Part shown: piece after piece, positions 37,033 through 46,954 of the stretch
Position numbering within the stretch: position 1 is the first letter of the stretch
Layout of the letters: each line of letters begins with the position of its first letter
IMG/VR virus record: IMGVR_UViG_3300044701_003393
Origin: an uncultured virus (IMG/VR IMGVR_UViG_3300044701_003393)
Lineage: Duplodnaviria; Heunggongvirae; Uroviricota; Caudoviricetes
DNA length: 64,000 bases
Direction: 5' to 3' (one strand)
Notes under the pieces: model-generated
The model's database searches: none
What the model saw: only the letters and a program-made list of their open reading frames with translations
Told to the model about the DNA's origin: nothing
Position numbers and translations under genes: made by a program

Positions 37033-37228
37033 ATATAAGTTGGAAACGCATAAGACAGTGCCTTATGTATATTACCAGAAGTGTTAGAGGACTTCCGAAC
37101 CAACAAAACAATCATACCAGGTTAGGATTTGATCGTCAAGTGAGTGTCGCGTGGTTGTGAATCTAAATTAAACCTTTTTAATAAGTGCCCCACTGGATCT
37201 TATCTTAAGGTTTAAACCGCGACATATT

Positions 37229-37690
37229 CTATTTTACAGGTTCTTCCTTACAGGTGTCAAGCCACGGAGCACAAAGTCTCATTTCTCCTCCTAGTTTCTT
37301 ACACTCTTCAGTGTAACATATAGAAGCTTCTGGAGCCTTCTCTATCAACCGTGGCAAAGGTATTCTAGGGGTTCCAGAGTCCCCTGTCAAGCGTTCATAG
37401 TCATATATGGCTTGATCTACTTTGTTTTTGATGATAAAATCTAATAACTTCTCATCATTCCTAAACTTCTCATTCAAATCCTCTCCAAATTCAATTCCCA
37501 GTTCCTGTTGAATAAGCGTAATAAACTTCCAAAGATCTTCTTGAGATAATTTAAAATATCCCGCAATAGCAACTACAATACTTGATGTAATAAAAGCGAT
37601 TACCATCGCCTTAGTAATACCGAATATATTAACTTTTCCACCTTTGATAGTGAAAAGTTTAATCATTATATTCCTCCAGAGACTTATCAA
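37229..37690 (-). CDS. Hypothetical membrane-anchored protein
   Basis: TM segment; C-terminal CYTEEC..CAPW. Confidence 0.7.
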   Translation of the reverse strand: MISLWRNIMIKLFTIKGGKVNIFGITKAMVIAFITSSIVVAIAGYFKLSQEDLWKFITLIQQELGIEFGEDLNEKFRNDEKLLDFIIKNKVDQAIYDYERLTGDSGTPRIPLPRLIEKAPEASICYTEECKKLGGEMRLCAPWLDTCKEEPVK

Positions 37691-37943
37691 TAACTCTATC
37701 TATACGATATTTTAATAACTCTTCATCTTGAATAATATAATCATTAATAACATCAATAGTCCCGATTCTCAATTGAATCTCATCCATTAAATTAAAAGCC
37801 TTTCTTTTCTCAACTCCAGGAATCAAAGAAATCAAGTCTAAAGATCCGTGAATAATTGCACCTATCTTTATCCATTCCTTTAGAGATTTTTTTTCTTTAC
37901 CAAACTTAAATTCAAAGATATTAAACTTACTGTTGCTCATCAA
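37659..37943 (-). CDS. Hypothetical protein
   Basis: ORF track. Confidence 0.65.
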   Translation of the reverse strand: MMSNSKFNIFEFKFGKEKKSLKEWIKIGAIIHGSLDLISLIPGVEKRKAFNLMDEIQLRIGTIDVINDYIIQDEELLKYRIDRVIDKSLEEYND

Positions 37944-38220
37944 AAAAATCCTCTAGAGCATCATCTAATATTTGTTCTGGATCAATTTTCTTTCTAGGTT
38001 CTCTCATCTTTTTGGTATCAAAAGTTAGAGTCGGCGTTATAGACCCATCTGCTTCTACTTTTAACTTTGTTCCAAATGGAGTTCCTTTTGGTTGTATCTC
38101 TACCTGATTATAAGAGTTTAATTTAACTTCACCTATATCAGTTTCTACTTTTAAATATCCTGTTCTAGCAGCAATATTAACTATGTCTTCTGGTTCTTGT
38201 GGAAGATTATCAATAGACAT
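37927..38220 (-). CDS. Hypothetical protein
   Basis: ORF track; late promoter AATAAATA upstream. Confidence 0.7.
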   Translation of the reverse strand: MSIDNLPQEPEDIVNIAARTGYLKVETDIGEVKLNSYNQVEIQPKGTPFGTKLKVEADGSITPTLTFDTKKMREPRKKIDPEQILDDALEDFFDEQQ

Positions 38221-38255
38221 AAGAGGAGAGCATACACTCCCCTCTATTTATTTTA

Positions 38256-38453
38256 TCAAGCAGATGCCTTTGCTTCTTTTCTGGCAGTCTTCTCTTCTGA
38301 GATTTCTGACCTACGTGCTTTTGCAAGTTTAGTCAGTTCTTGAAGTGCTTTACGGGCTCTGGTGCCAGCAGCACTGTTTCCATTCGCAAATTTTTCATCC
38401 TCAGATTGCCAAGTCGCAAATGCATCAGCAATTTGTTGTGCAGTTTCAGACAT
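38256..38453 (-). CDS. Histone H1-like (Hc1-type) small basic protein
   Basis: GNSAAGTRARKALQELTKLAKARR; GAGGGG RBS before ATG 38453. Confidence 0.75.
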   Translation of the reverse strand: MSETAQQIADAFATWQSEDEKFANGNSAAGTRARKALQELTKLAKARRSEISEEKTARKEAKASA

Positions 38454-38525
38454 AATACCCCTCAAAAAAATAATTAGGATTAAGTATATATGCACTAAAA
38501 AGGGGAGTGTATACTCCCCTTACAA

Positions 38526-39149
38526 TCAAACTTCTACCTGAATCAGTCGGTTGGCATAATCATGAGCATACGAAGTGCGGGCACCATGATGCCCCCAACC
38601 AATCCAACTATACGCATAGTCCATATAACGATTGATAGACTTGCCAGGAGTTTTCATCCTTTCTTCAATTCGTCTCCATTGGACTTCAGTTGTAAGATAA
38701 CGAAGTTGCGTATCAAGTGATGATGGAGAACCACCATACCTTTTAGCAAAATCACCCAATCCATAATAACGATCGGCAGATGTCCATTGAATCAGTCCAT
38801 AACCGCGGCCGCAGTTATTCCAACTGGTTCTGCTACCACCTTCACAAATGTTAGGAATAAAAGTTGATTCCTGACGAATGTTACCCATGATGGTAGCAAG
38901 GGCGTTTCTGTCTTTAATACCACGGTCCTGGAAATATGCCAGGGCAGCATTTTCATGTTCATTACACCCTTTACAAATTAGCCTTTTCTCTTTTGGCTTT
39001 TCGGGAGCAACCTCTAGGATCGCTGTCTTCTCTGGTTCAAACTCCTTAATAATAGAATATTTTGGAGCACTTGCAGATGATGGCAGTGTTGCCGTTATGG
39101 TTGTAACCGATGCCAGAAGGGGCAGGGCTACAGTAAAGACGTTAAGCAT
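38526..39149 (-). CDS. Phage tail-lysozyme-like (lysozyme2) exported hydrolase
   Basis: Signal-like N-terminus; ATIMGNIRQES, GYGLIQWT. Confidence 0.8.
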   Translation of the reverse strand: MLNVFTVALPLLASVTTITATLPSSASAPKYSIIKEFEPEKTAILEVAPEKPKEKRLICKGCNEHENAALAYFQDRGIKDRNALATIMGNIRQESTFIPNICEGGSRTSWNNCGRGYGLIQWTSADRYYGLGDFAKRYGGSPSSLDTQLRYLTTEVQWRRIEERMKTPGKSINRYMDYAYSWIGWGHHGARTSYAHDYANRLIQVEV

Positions 39150-39305
39150 TAAAATTAATAGAACTCTACATCCGTATAGAGAAAGCGCACATCCCCTTTC
39201 TCAAGGGGCAGTCTCCACGGCTCTAAATCAAGTATCAAAGTCTCATAATAAAAAACCCTGCTCATAACAGGGATTTTAGCATTATAAGTTTTTATTTAGA
39301 GTTTG

Positions 39306-39479
39306 TCAATCTTCTGGTTCTAAGGAAACAATTTCAAGTTCATCTCCTTCTGGTTCAATCCACTCATAGAACTCAGCAAGAATTGCACGGGCATCTTCCT
39401 TTTCAATACTCATATCCGCAGCACGGTCAAGAGACCACCCTCGCACATGAGCAACAATATCTTCAGTCGTTGCGTTCAT
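39306..39479 (-). CDS. Small hypothetical protein
   Basis: Likely start MNATTEDIV. Confidence 0.6.
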   Translation of the reverse strand: MNATTEDIVAHVRGWSLDRAADMSIEKEDARAILAEFYEWIEPEGDELEIVSLEPED

Positions 39480-39906
39480 AATAATCTTTTCGGAAGTACC
39501 TGTTGAGGATGTTGCTATTGTAGTACCTTGGGGTTCCGTCGTCAAGTCCTTCGGTAAGGACGTTATGGGCGAATAACTGTCTGGTTTCCTCAAAGTTTGT
39601 TTTGCCCTTTGTTTTATGTAATGATAAGATAGTTCGACTAAAATTTTCTCTGCCAAATTTGTCAATGTCTTCTTTAAGTTCCGGACAAGACCCATAATAC
39701 TCCTTCCAGTTGGACTCGGATTTTACTTTTCGTTTTTTCCCCTTAGGAGTTCTAAAACTCCAAAAATATTTTCTACCAATATATTCCCTACCATTGAGAT
39801 TGTTTTGAATATGATAAACAAAACCAAAATGATCTTGAATATCACTAGACTCAAAAACCTTTCCATTATAGGTCCAAGGGTTTTCATAGTCAATATCTGT
39901 ACTCAT
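39463..39906 (-). CDS. GIY-YIG-like nuclease
   Basis: GFVYHIQN...YIGRK, YYGS, YYN. Confidence 0.75.
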   Translation of the reverse strand: MSTDIDYENPWTYNGKVFESSDIQDHFGFVYHIQNNLNGREYIGRKYFWSFRTPKGKKRKVKSESNWKEYYGSCPELKEDIDKFGRENFSRTILSLHKTKGKTNFEETRQLFAHNVLTEGLDDGTPRYYNSNILNRYFRKDYYERND

Positions 39907-40051
39907 CAATAATATCAAGAACTTCGTTCAGATATTTATGAGCGAGTCCTTTCATATCCATATCATGCCTAATATGTTCATTATACAAATTATTTTTTAG
40001 TTTTAAAACGCGAACTTTTAACTCATCTTTTGTAAGTTGATTCTTAGACAT
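39890..40051 (-). CDS. Small hypothetical protein, 53 aa
   Basis: Manual translation MSKNQLTKDELKVR...DEYRY. Confidence 0.55.
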   Translation of the reverse strand: MSKNQLTKDELKVRVLKLKNNLYNEHIRHDMDMKGLAHKYLNEVLDIIDEYRY

Positions 40052-40190
40052 AAAAAAAGGAGGTATAACCTCCTATATCTATTCATTTGCACCTAACCAT
40101 TCCCTACAAAAGTCATAATCTCCAAACATAAACTCATCGCATTCTGCTGCCTCTTTATAGGCATTTAGAATTGCTTCCTCGCACCATTCA

Positions 40191-41387
40191 TCATAATTGG
40201 AATCCTGCGAAAGTATTTTTGGTAACATCCTGCTTAATGCCTCCAACTACATAGGATTCTACCTCAGTTTCCTGTGGAGCAACCTGAAGACCTTTGGAAG
40301 AAATCCAGTGCTGGGTCCAAGGAAGTGGGTTGTTATTTGCAGAAATATCATATTGGGGTTTAAGACCAATCGCTTTAAGTCTACGATTAGCAATCCACTC
40401 AACATATTGCTGAAGAAGTTTATCATTGAGTCCAATCATACTGCCATCTTTAAAAAGATAATCAGCCCACTTCTTTTCTTCATTTACAGCACGATCGAAC
40501 ATTTTATAAACCCATTCTTCCTCTTCTTTAGCAATTTGTTTCATTTCAGGATCATCACCTTCTCTCCACTTATTCAGAATATTCTGAGTAAGTGCTAGGT
40601 GTTGATTTTCATCCCTTGCAATAAGAGAAATAATTTTTGCTGATCCTTCCATGAGCTTGAGTTCACCAAAGGCGAAACTACAAGCAAAACTAACGTAGAA
40701 GCGAATGCCTTCAAGAATATTAACGTTTGCGACTGCTCTATACAGTTTTCGTTTAACATCTGTGAGTGTCTCTTTTGCGGTTTGTACTCCCTCAAGTCTA
40801 AACATCCAATCACTGGATGTCCCATAAGTTTGTGCTGATTGAATGAAGTCGTCATATGACTCTGTAACGCTTCTAGCACGCTCTAGAATGCGCTCGTCAC
40901 CGATGATGGTATCAAAGACCTCAGAAGGGTCGGAATAAACATTCTTGATGATGTAGGTATAGGATCGTGAATGGATCATTTCCATAAATCCCCACACTTC
41001 CATACAGGCTTCCAGTTCAGGAAGAGAACAGTAAGGAATAAATGCCATACCAGGACCACGACCTTGAACGGAATCAAGCATAATCTGATACTTCAAATTG
41101 GAAGTATAGATATGCTTTTGTTCTGGTCGTAAAGTCTGATAATCTCCACGATCCTTCTGGAGAGAAACCTCTTCGGGTCTCCAAAAGTATCCAAGTTGTT
41201 GAGTTGTTAATTTATCAAAGATAGGGTATTTGTATGAATCATATCTTTGAATTCCAAGAGGTTTGCCAAAAAACATTGGTTGTTTTTTGGTATCAACCTT
41301 TTCAGTATTAAATACCGTCATTCCTTTAATATTTGTTTGTTGGTCTTCCGTGGAAGAAACTTTAAAATCAAACTGCGCAGGATTCAC
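40191..41387 (-). CDS. nrdB: Ribonucleotide reductase class Ia beta subunit
   Basis: FWRPEE, LDSVQGR, EMIHSRSY, EGIRFYVSF, RDENQH, VAPQETE. Confidence 0.97.
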   Translation of the reverse strand: MNPAQFDFKVSSTEDQQTNIKGMTVFNTEKVDTKKQPMFFGKPLGIQRYDSYKYPIFDKLTTQQLGYFWRPEEVSLQKDRGDYQTLRPEQKHIYTSNLKYQIMLDSVQGRGPGMAFIPYCSLPELEACMEVWGFMEMIHSRSYTYIIKNVYSDPSEVFDTIIGDERILERARSVTESYDDFIQSAQTYGTSSDWMFRLEGVQTAKETLTDVKRKLYRAVANVNILEGIRFYVSFACSFAFGELKLMEGSAKIISLIARDENQHLALTQNILNKWREGDDPEMKQIAKEEEEWVYKMFDRAVNEEKKWADYLFKDGSMIGLNDKLLQQYVEWIANRRLKAIGLKPQYDISANNNPLPWTQHWISSKGLQVAPQETEVESYVVGGIKQDVTKNTFAGFQL

Positions 41388-43668
41388 ACTCTCCCTCCTC
41401 TACTGAACTTAACTCATTAAGAAGACTTTCCAATTCGGACTTCTTCTCTTCTACCACTTCATCAGTCTTAATATCATATGTATTTTGATAATAAGAAGTT
41501 TTCCATCCGTACTTGTATGTAGTCAGAAAATCATTTGCCATTACTGAAGTAGGAACTTCATTGTTGGCATAATTTTCTGGATTATACGACCAGTTTCCAG
41601 AAATCGCTTGATCGAAGAATTTTTGCATAACTGCAACAATATTAATATACCCACGGTTGCTAGGCATATCCCACAGAAGCGTATAATTGTTCTTAAGGGT
41701 TTGATACTGTGGAACAATCTGCTTGAGAGGTCCTTTTTTGGACTTTTTAACGGACAGGTAATCTCTAGGTGGTTCGATTCCATTAGTTGCGTTTGACACA
41801 ACGGAACTGCTCTCCGATGGCATCTGTGCGGACAGTGTTGAGTGCCTGAGACCGTGCTCCAGGATCGATGACCTAAGAGATTTCCAATCGTGTTCATAAT
41901 CAATGGAAGTGATTTCGTCTACATCTTTTTTATAGGTATCAATTGGAAGAATACCATCAGCATACTTAGTACGTCCAAAGTATTCACAATGACCTTTTTC
42001 TTTAGCAAGTTGATTGGATGCTTTCAGAAGGTAGTACTGGAAAGACTCAGAAAGTCCATGAACTGCATCCCATGCTTCTTGAGAATCATAATTAAATCCA
42101 AGTTTAGCAAGATAATGTGCCAATCCAATAAACCCAACACCAAGAGAACGACGTGCCTTAGTGGCGATTTCTGCCGCTGCTACGGGGTATTTTTGATAGT
42201 CAATCAACTCATCCAATCCACGAACAGAAAGATCACAGAGTTCTTCAAGTTCCTCATCAGACTTTACTTTGCCAACGTTAATAGCGGAGAGAATACAGAG
42301 AGCGATCTCACCCATATTATCATCAATATGCTGAATAGGATCTGTTGGAAGAGTGATCTCCTGACAGAGATTACTCATATTTACTTTATCCTTGAAAGAA
42401 GAGTGTGAATTGCAGTGATCGATATTCATAATGTAGACACGACCCGTTTCCGCACGTTCCTTAAGGAGGTTAAGAATGAGTTCTTGCGCTTTAATAGTCT
42501 TTTTCTTAATGGACGGATCTTTTTCATACGAAACGTAGAGATCATCAAAATCAGAGAATCCGAAACGATCATATAGTCCAGGTACATCATGTGGGGAGAA
42601 AAGCGTGATCTCACCATCCTGAATGAACCTCTCATAGAAGAGTTTGCTGATTTGAATGCTGTAGTCAAGTTTGCGAACACGATTATCCTCCGTACCTTTA
42701 TTGTTTTTCAGCACTAGGATGTCTTCGATTTCTTGGTGCCAGATTGGGAAGTGGACAGTTGCTGATCCACCACGGATGCCATTTTGAGTGCAGCATCGGA
42801 CAGTTGCCTCAAACTTTTTGAGGAATGGAACAACACCTGTGTGCTGAACTTCTCCACCTCTGATTTTACTGTTGATGCCACGGATGCGGCCTGCGTTGAT
42901 ACCGATGCCCGCCCTCTGTGCAACATACCTACCAATTGCCATATCAGAGCTAAAGATAGAATCGAGGGTGTCATCAACATCAACAAGAACACAGCTAGCA
43001 AACTGTCGAAGTGGAGTTCTAACCCCCGCCATGATAGGTGTGGGAATGTTGATTTTGTGCTTTGAGATTGCGTCATAGTACCTCTTAACATATGACATAC
43101 GGGTTTCTTTTGGATACTCTGCAAAAATAGTCAGAGCAATCATCATATACATGAACTGAGGAGTTTCATATACTCCACCACCACTACGATCTTGAACCAA
43201 GTACTTATCAACTACTTGGCGAAGACCTGCATAAGTGAAGAGATAATCACGACTATGATCGATATATGAATCGGCACGTTCAATTTCTTCTCTAGAGTAT
43301 TTGTTAAAAATATCATCATCATACACTTGAGCATTTACACAAGTATAGATGTGTTGCTCTAGTGTTGGAATTTCTTTCATTCTTCCATACAATTGCTTTC
43401 GGACTGCAAATAAAAGCAGACGAGCAGCAACATACTGATAATTTGGATGATCCAAATCAATAAGGTCAGAAGCAGAACGAATCAAAATTTCCTGAATTTC
43501 TGCTGTTGTAATTCCATCATAAAACTGAATACCAGAAGTCATTTCAACTTGACTAGCAGAGACTCCAGCAAGACCCTTACACGCCTCTTCAACCATCAAA
43601 TGCATTTTATCTAGGTCAAGAGATTCAATTCGACCATCACGCTTTTTAACTTTGGTTCCGTTGCTCAT
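41368..43668 (-). CDS. nrdA: Ribonucleotide reductase class Ia alpha subunit
   Basis: ATP cone; FASCVL, SNLCQEI, C-terminal CESC; uninterrupted. Confidence 0.98.
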   Translation of the reverse strand: MSNGTKVKKRDGRIESLDLDKMHLMVEEACKGLAGVSASQVEMTSGIQFYDGITTAEIQEILIRSASDLIDLDHPNYQYVAARLLLFAVRKQLYGRMKEIPTLEQHIYTCVNAQVYDDDIFNKYSREEIERADSYIDHSRDYLFTYAGLRQVVDKYLVQDRSGGGVYETPQFMYMMIALTIFAEYPKETRMSYVKRYYDAISKHKINIPTPIMAGVRTPLRQFASCVLVDVDDTLDSIFSSDMAIGRYVAQRAGIGINAGRIRGINSKIRGGEVQHTGVVPFLKKFEATVRCCTQNGIRGGSATVHFPIWHQEIEDILVLKNNKGTEDNRVRKLDYSIQISKLFYERFIQDGEITLFSPHDVPGLYDRFGFSDFDDLYVSYEKDPSIKKKTIKAQELILNLLKERAETGRVYIMNIDHCNSHSSFKDKVNMSNLCQEITLPTDPIQHIDDNMGEIALCILSAINVGKVKSDEELEELCDLSVRGLDELIDYQKYPVAAAEIATKARRSLGVGFIGLAHYLAKLGFNYDSQEAWDAVHGLSESFQYYLLKASNQLAKEKGHCEYFGRTKYADGILPIDTYKKDVDEITSIDYEHDWKSLRSSILEHGLRHSTLSAQMPSESSSVVSNATNGIEPPRDYLSVKKSKKGPLKQIVPQYQTLKNNYTLLWDMPSNRGYINIVAVMQKFFDQAISGNWSYNPENYANNEVPTSVMANDFLTTYKYGWKTSYYQNTYDIKTDEVVEEKKSELESLLNELSSVEEGECESCAV

Positions 43669-44639
43669 ATTTTCTTCCAAGTAGTAAATTTTAGTTTTGC
43701 TTCTAATCCAGAATAAGTATTTAATTCTATCACAGACTGAACGTCCAGTCCAGATAGTACCATCTCATTAATGTCTTTCTCTTTTATTGATGAAGGCCAG
43801 ACAACGACCCTTTCTCCTCTGTCAATAACGCGGGAGATTCTTGAATGGATTTCTGCATTACGTGGTTCGTTATCGTAAATCCAAACACACCTGTCAATAC
43901 CCCACTTACTAACATCACCATCAGCTCCACATAAAGCAATCGCGTTGCGAATGAATGTTGAGTCAAATGGACCTTCGGTGATGTAGACAGTTTCAGTTTT
44001 TTGTATTTCATCGAGACCATAGATTTTTGGGGCATCATCATTTAACATCACGGTGATATATTTAATCTTATTTGGACCAAGTGCTCTTCCTTGAAATCCG
44101 ACTAGAGTATTTTGATAGAACAAAGGAATAATAATCCTTGGTTCATCTCTTTCTGTGCTGTCGAATGTTTGTTGGAGAGAATTAGTCCACTCCTTAAATT
44201 TGTCGGTATAATAAAATTTATCCGGATTTAATTTTCTCTTTTCTAAGTAAGATTTTGCTATGGAATTCTCAGATGCTTTCGGTAAATCTAACTTAGGTTT
44301 AAACTTCGGTGCTTCGAAATTAAATTTCGGTTCATCTACAATAAAGTTTTTACCAGTATTTCCATCTTTAAATTTTTCGAATGTATATTGTTTGTAAATT
44401 ACTGGATCTAATTGTTTGAGAAAATTATTAAAGGAAATATTAAGTCCGCAATTATGACACTTAAAGTTTGTATTACTTTTGACTTGATACAAATATCCCC
44501 GTGCTTTATTCTTATTCTTCTGCGAGTCTCCACAAATAGGGCAGCGAAAGTTGTAGAGATTGTGCTTTACTTTCTTAAACTTTTGAAATCGCGCAGAAAT
44601 CAAATTGATGTACTTTACATCAACAAAGTCCATAATCAA
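43665..44639 (-). CDS. gp61: DNA primase (T4 gp61-like)
   Basis: RCPICGDS..CHNC zinc finger; EGPFDS; DNEPRN. Confidence 0.95.
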   Translation of the reverse strand: MIMDFVDVKYINLISARFQKFKKVKHNLYNFRCPICGDSQKNKNKARGYLYQVKSNTNFKCHNCGLNISFNNFLKQLDPVIYKQYTFEKFKDGNTGKNFIVDEPKFNFEAPKFKPKLDLPKASENSIAKSYLEKRKLNPDKFYYTDKFKEWTNSLQQTFDSTERDEPRIIIPLFYQNTLVGFQGRALGPNKIKYITVMLNDDAPKIYGLDEIQKTETVYITEGPFDSTFIRNAIALCGADGDVSKWGIDRCVWIYDNEPRNAEIHSRISRVIDRGERVVVWPSSIKEKDINEMVLSGLDVQSVIELNTYSGLEAKLKFTTWKKI

Positions 44640-44802
44640 ACAGTATCCAGTTGATGTATTCTACCAGTTTATTTGGACTTGTCAAGGCAAAGTGAAGTGA
44701 TGATTCCAGTCCACTTCACAACAGAATTTGTTGTTTTTTGTAGGGTGTAGAGAGTAACTTTCTTTTGAGTTTTCATTGGCTCTAACGCCAACACTCAACT
44801 AT

Positions 44803-45264
44803 TTATTTTTGTCGTATCTGTACTTGAGGTGTGTCTGGAGTTAAAAAATCAACAACCATATGAGATTGTGAAAATGCAAAAGAAACAACCGCAAAAACCC
44901 CAACTATTATCCAACGATATTTTACAAATTCTTCTAATTTATTTTCTACCTTTTCTATTCTTTTTGATACTTCTTCGTGCTGATCTTTATTTTCAACTCT
45001 TAATTCTTCAATAACTCTACCAATATAATCATCTGTTTTGTGACACTGCTCTATTCTTTCTTCATGAACGGCGAGCATCTTATTAATATTTTGACTTGCC
45101 TTTCCCATTATCTGTATTGCTTCATCAATCTTATTAATCATAGTTTCATAAGCGGAAAGGCGCTCTTCCAATACTGCAATTTTAGTGTCAGCAGATGTAT
45201 TTTGATTAAACATTTTTTTGAGGTGATTATTTCTCCTACTACCTCTATGAAACAAAAACCTCAA
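44803..45264 (-). CDS. Coiled-coil membrane protein; start probably MFNQN
   Basis: Coiled coil plus C-terminal TM helix. Confidence 0.7.
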   Translation of the reverse strand: MRFLFHRGSRRNNHLKKMFNQNTSADTKIAVLEERLSAYETMINKIDEAIQIMGKASQNINKMLAVHEERIEQCHKTDDYIGRVIEELRVENKDQHEEVSKRIEKVENKLEEFVKYRWIIVGVFAVVSFAFSQSHMVVDFLTPDTPQVQIRQK

Positions 45265-45276
45265 GTAGTATTGAAA

Positions 45277-45489
45277 TTATTTATCCTTTACCCATCTTCT
45301 ATAATTTGGTTTGATTCTTCTAAAATCTACTGTTCCATCCTTCTTCTTTTTTCCCATCAAAGGATCAAATCCAGCAACAGGTCCCTTTGGATCCGCAGAA
45401 CCAGAAAATCCACCAGAAGCACCTGGAGCATTTGCAACCATTTGCTCTCTTATAATTGAAACAATCCAATCAAGCTTCTTCTTTTCCAT
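45277..45489 (-). CDS. Hypothetical protein
   Basis: ORF track. Confidence 0.65.
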   Translation of the reverse strand: MEKKKLDWIVSIIREQMVANAPGASGGFSGSADPKGPVAGFDPLMGKKKKDGTVDFRRIKPNYRRWVKDK

Positions 45490-45862
45490 TGTAGATCTTA
45501 TATAATTGTTCTAAGCAATATAAATCAACTTGGATGTTATGAATATAACACTTGGGATACTCTGGAAGTTTATTCAAGAATATTATAAAACTTTTCATAG
45601 AAGACCAAAGATCTTTTTCTATTTTAAAAAACAACATTGGAGTTGCTGCTTCACCAAAGATATTATAAAGGACAATAAAATGATTTAAAATCAGGTGAGT
45701 TTTGAGCTCACCTGATTTTTTGTATCTCTTCAGCAACCTTTTGATATATTTAAAATGATTTAAATCTTTTTCAAAGTCTTCTTTTGTAACCGCTTGTGGG
45801 TTCTCATAATGTTTAATAGCAAATAAGAGAAAATTACTCTCATTCAATTCATTAAAAATCAT
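45470..45862 (-). CDS. Conserved T4-like hypothetical protein
   Basis: FAIKHYENP...FKYIKRLL..LILNH. Confidence 0.8.
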   Translation of the reverse strand: MIFNELNESNFLLFAIKHYENPQAVTKEDFEKDLNHFKYIKRLLKRYKKSGELKTHLILNHFIVLYNIFGEAATPMLFFKIEKDLWSSMKSFIIFLNKLPEYPKCYIHNIQVDLYCLEQLYKIYNGKEEA

Positions 45863-45868
45863 ATATTA

Positions 45869-46633
45869 TCAGACAGGAGTTGGATAAAGAATTCCGTCAG
45901 ATCCAGTTGTAATTCCAGACATTGCAACTAAAGTTTCAGTCTTAACTCTGAAGTTTCCTTGGCAGTCAATGTAGGTTGTTACTCCAACCCATCCAGCGTG
46001 AGCGTACCCACTGTATCCAACTGCAACATAATCAGTTGTTGTAGAAATTCCATAAACTTGACGGTCATATCCATCAGTATATCTCTTAAATGTCAGAGTA
46101 TCTCCCGTCGCAATTCCAGCAGAAATTGTAGATGCAAGAGTAATGCTGGTAACTCCAACAACAGAAATGCGAATGTTGCTTGAGTTATTTAAAAGTAAAT
46201 CGCCAGCAATCAAACCAGATGGAGGAACAACAGGAATAACTGAAGTTCCAATATTAGCATTTGTAGTTGCTGTTCCCGTAATAGCTAAAGTTGCTAATGA
46301 TGGGGCAGCATCATTAGCATTACTAAAGGTACTGTCTAGAACTGTGTAACTAGGAAGTTCGCTAATATAGAAAGATGTTCCTGCAATTGCTGCTCCACTT
46401 AGTCCTGCAGTAGATCCAATAGTTAATAATGTATCACTTGTAATACCAACGATCACAGCATCTCCGAAGTAGGTGCCACCGCCACCACGAATACCAAATC
46501 TAATCACATCTCCAGTTGCAGCCGCACCAACTCTTCCGAAAGTAGTTCCGGTTCCAGTGACCTCAAGAGTACTATAATTTAATGATACTGTACCACCAGA
46601 ACCAACATTGTCATTGTTTCCCCAGAGTGCCAT
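45869..46633 (-). CDS. Putative virion structural protein
   Basis: MALWG start; Gly/Thr-rich; HAGWV...RVKTETLVAM. Confidence 0.7.
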   Translation of the reverse strand: MALWGNNDNVGSGGTVSLNYSTLEVTGTGTTFGRVGAAATGDVIRFGIRGGGGTYFGDAVIVGITSDTLLTIGSTAGLSGAAIAGTSFYISELPSYTVLDSTFSNANDAAPSLATLAITGTATTNANIGTSVIPVVPPSGLIAGDLLLNNSSNIRISVVGVTSITLASTISAGIATGDTLTFKRYTDGYDRQVYGISTTTDYVAVGYSGYAHAGWVGVTTYIDCQGNFRVKTETLVAMSGITTGSDGILYPTPV

Positions 46634-46725
46634 TCTTTTTACCTTTTCTAAATTTATTCGTAGAAATATTTATAAAAAATAGAGACCCCAAAAATGAGGT
46701 CTCTTTAAGAGTTTATAAAGAAATA

Positions 46726-46911
46726 TCAAGGAGTTGGATCAACTGCACCACCATCTTCCGCCTTTTTGCGAACTTGTTGCAAAATAAATGAAAGGATTCC
46801 GTTTGCTTTGACTTTTGGATTCGCGCCAAGAAACTCAGAAATAATAAGTAGAATCGTTAAAATTGCTGCTTCATTTGCTTTATAAAAAGCAAGTAGTGCT
46901 CCAATTGACAT
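46726..46911 (-). CDS. Small membrane protein
   Basis: GAGG RBS; hydrophobic. Confidence 0.65.
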   Translation of the reverse strand: MSIGALLAFYKANEAAILTILLIISEFLGANPKVKANGILSFILQQVRKKAEDGGAVDPTP

Positions 46912-46954
46912 AATGACCTCCTATAAGTATAACCTAAAACTATTTAGGATTTTT

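Noticed and set aside
34089..37087. Plus-strand ORFs at 34089, 34544, 35302, 36229 and 36791
   Set aside because: They are antisense to tRNA and structured-RNA genes.
37037..37104. Hammerhead ribozyme
   Set aside because: The three-way junction lacks the CUGANGA core on both strands.
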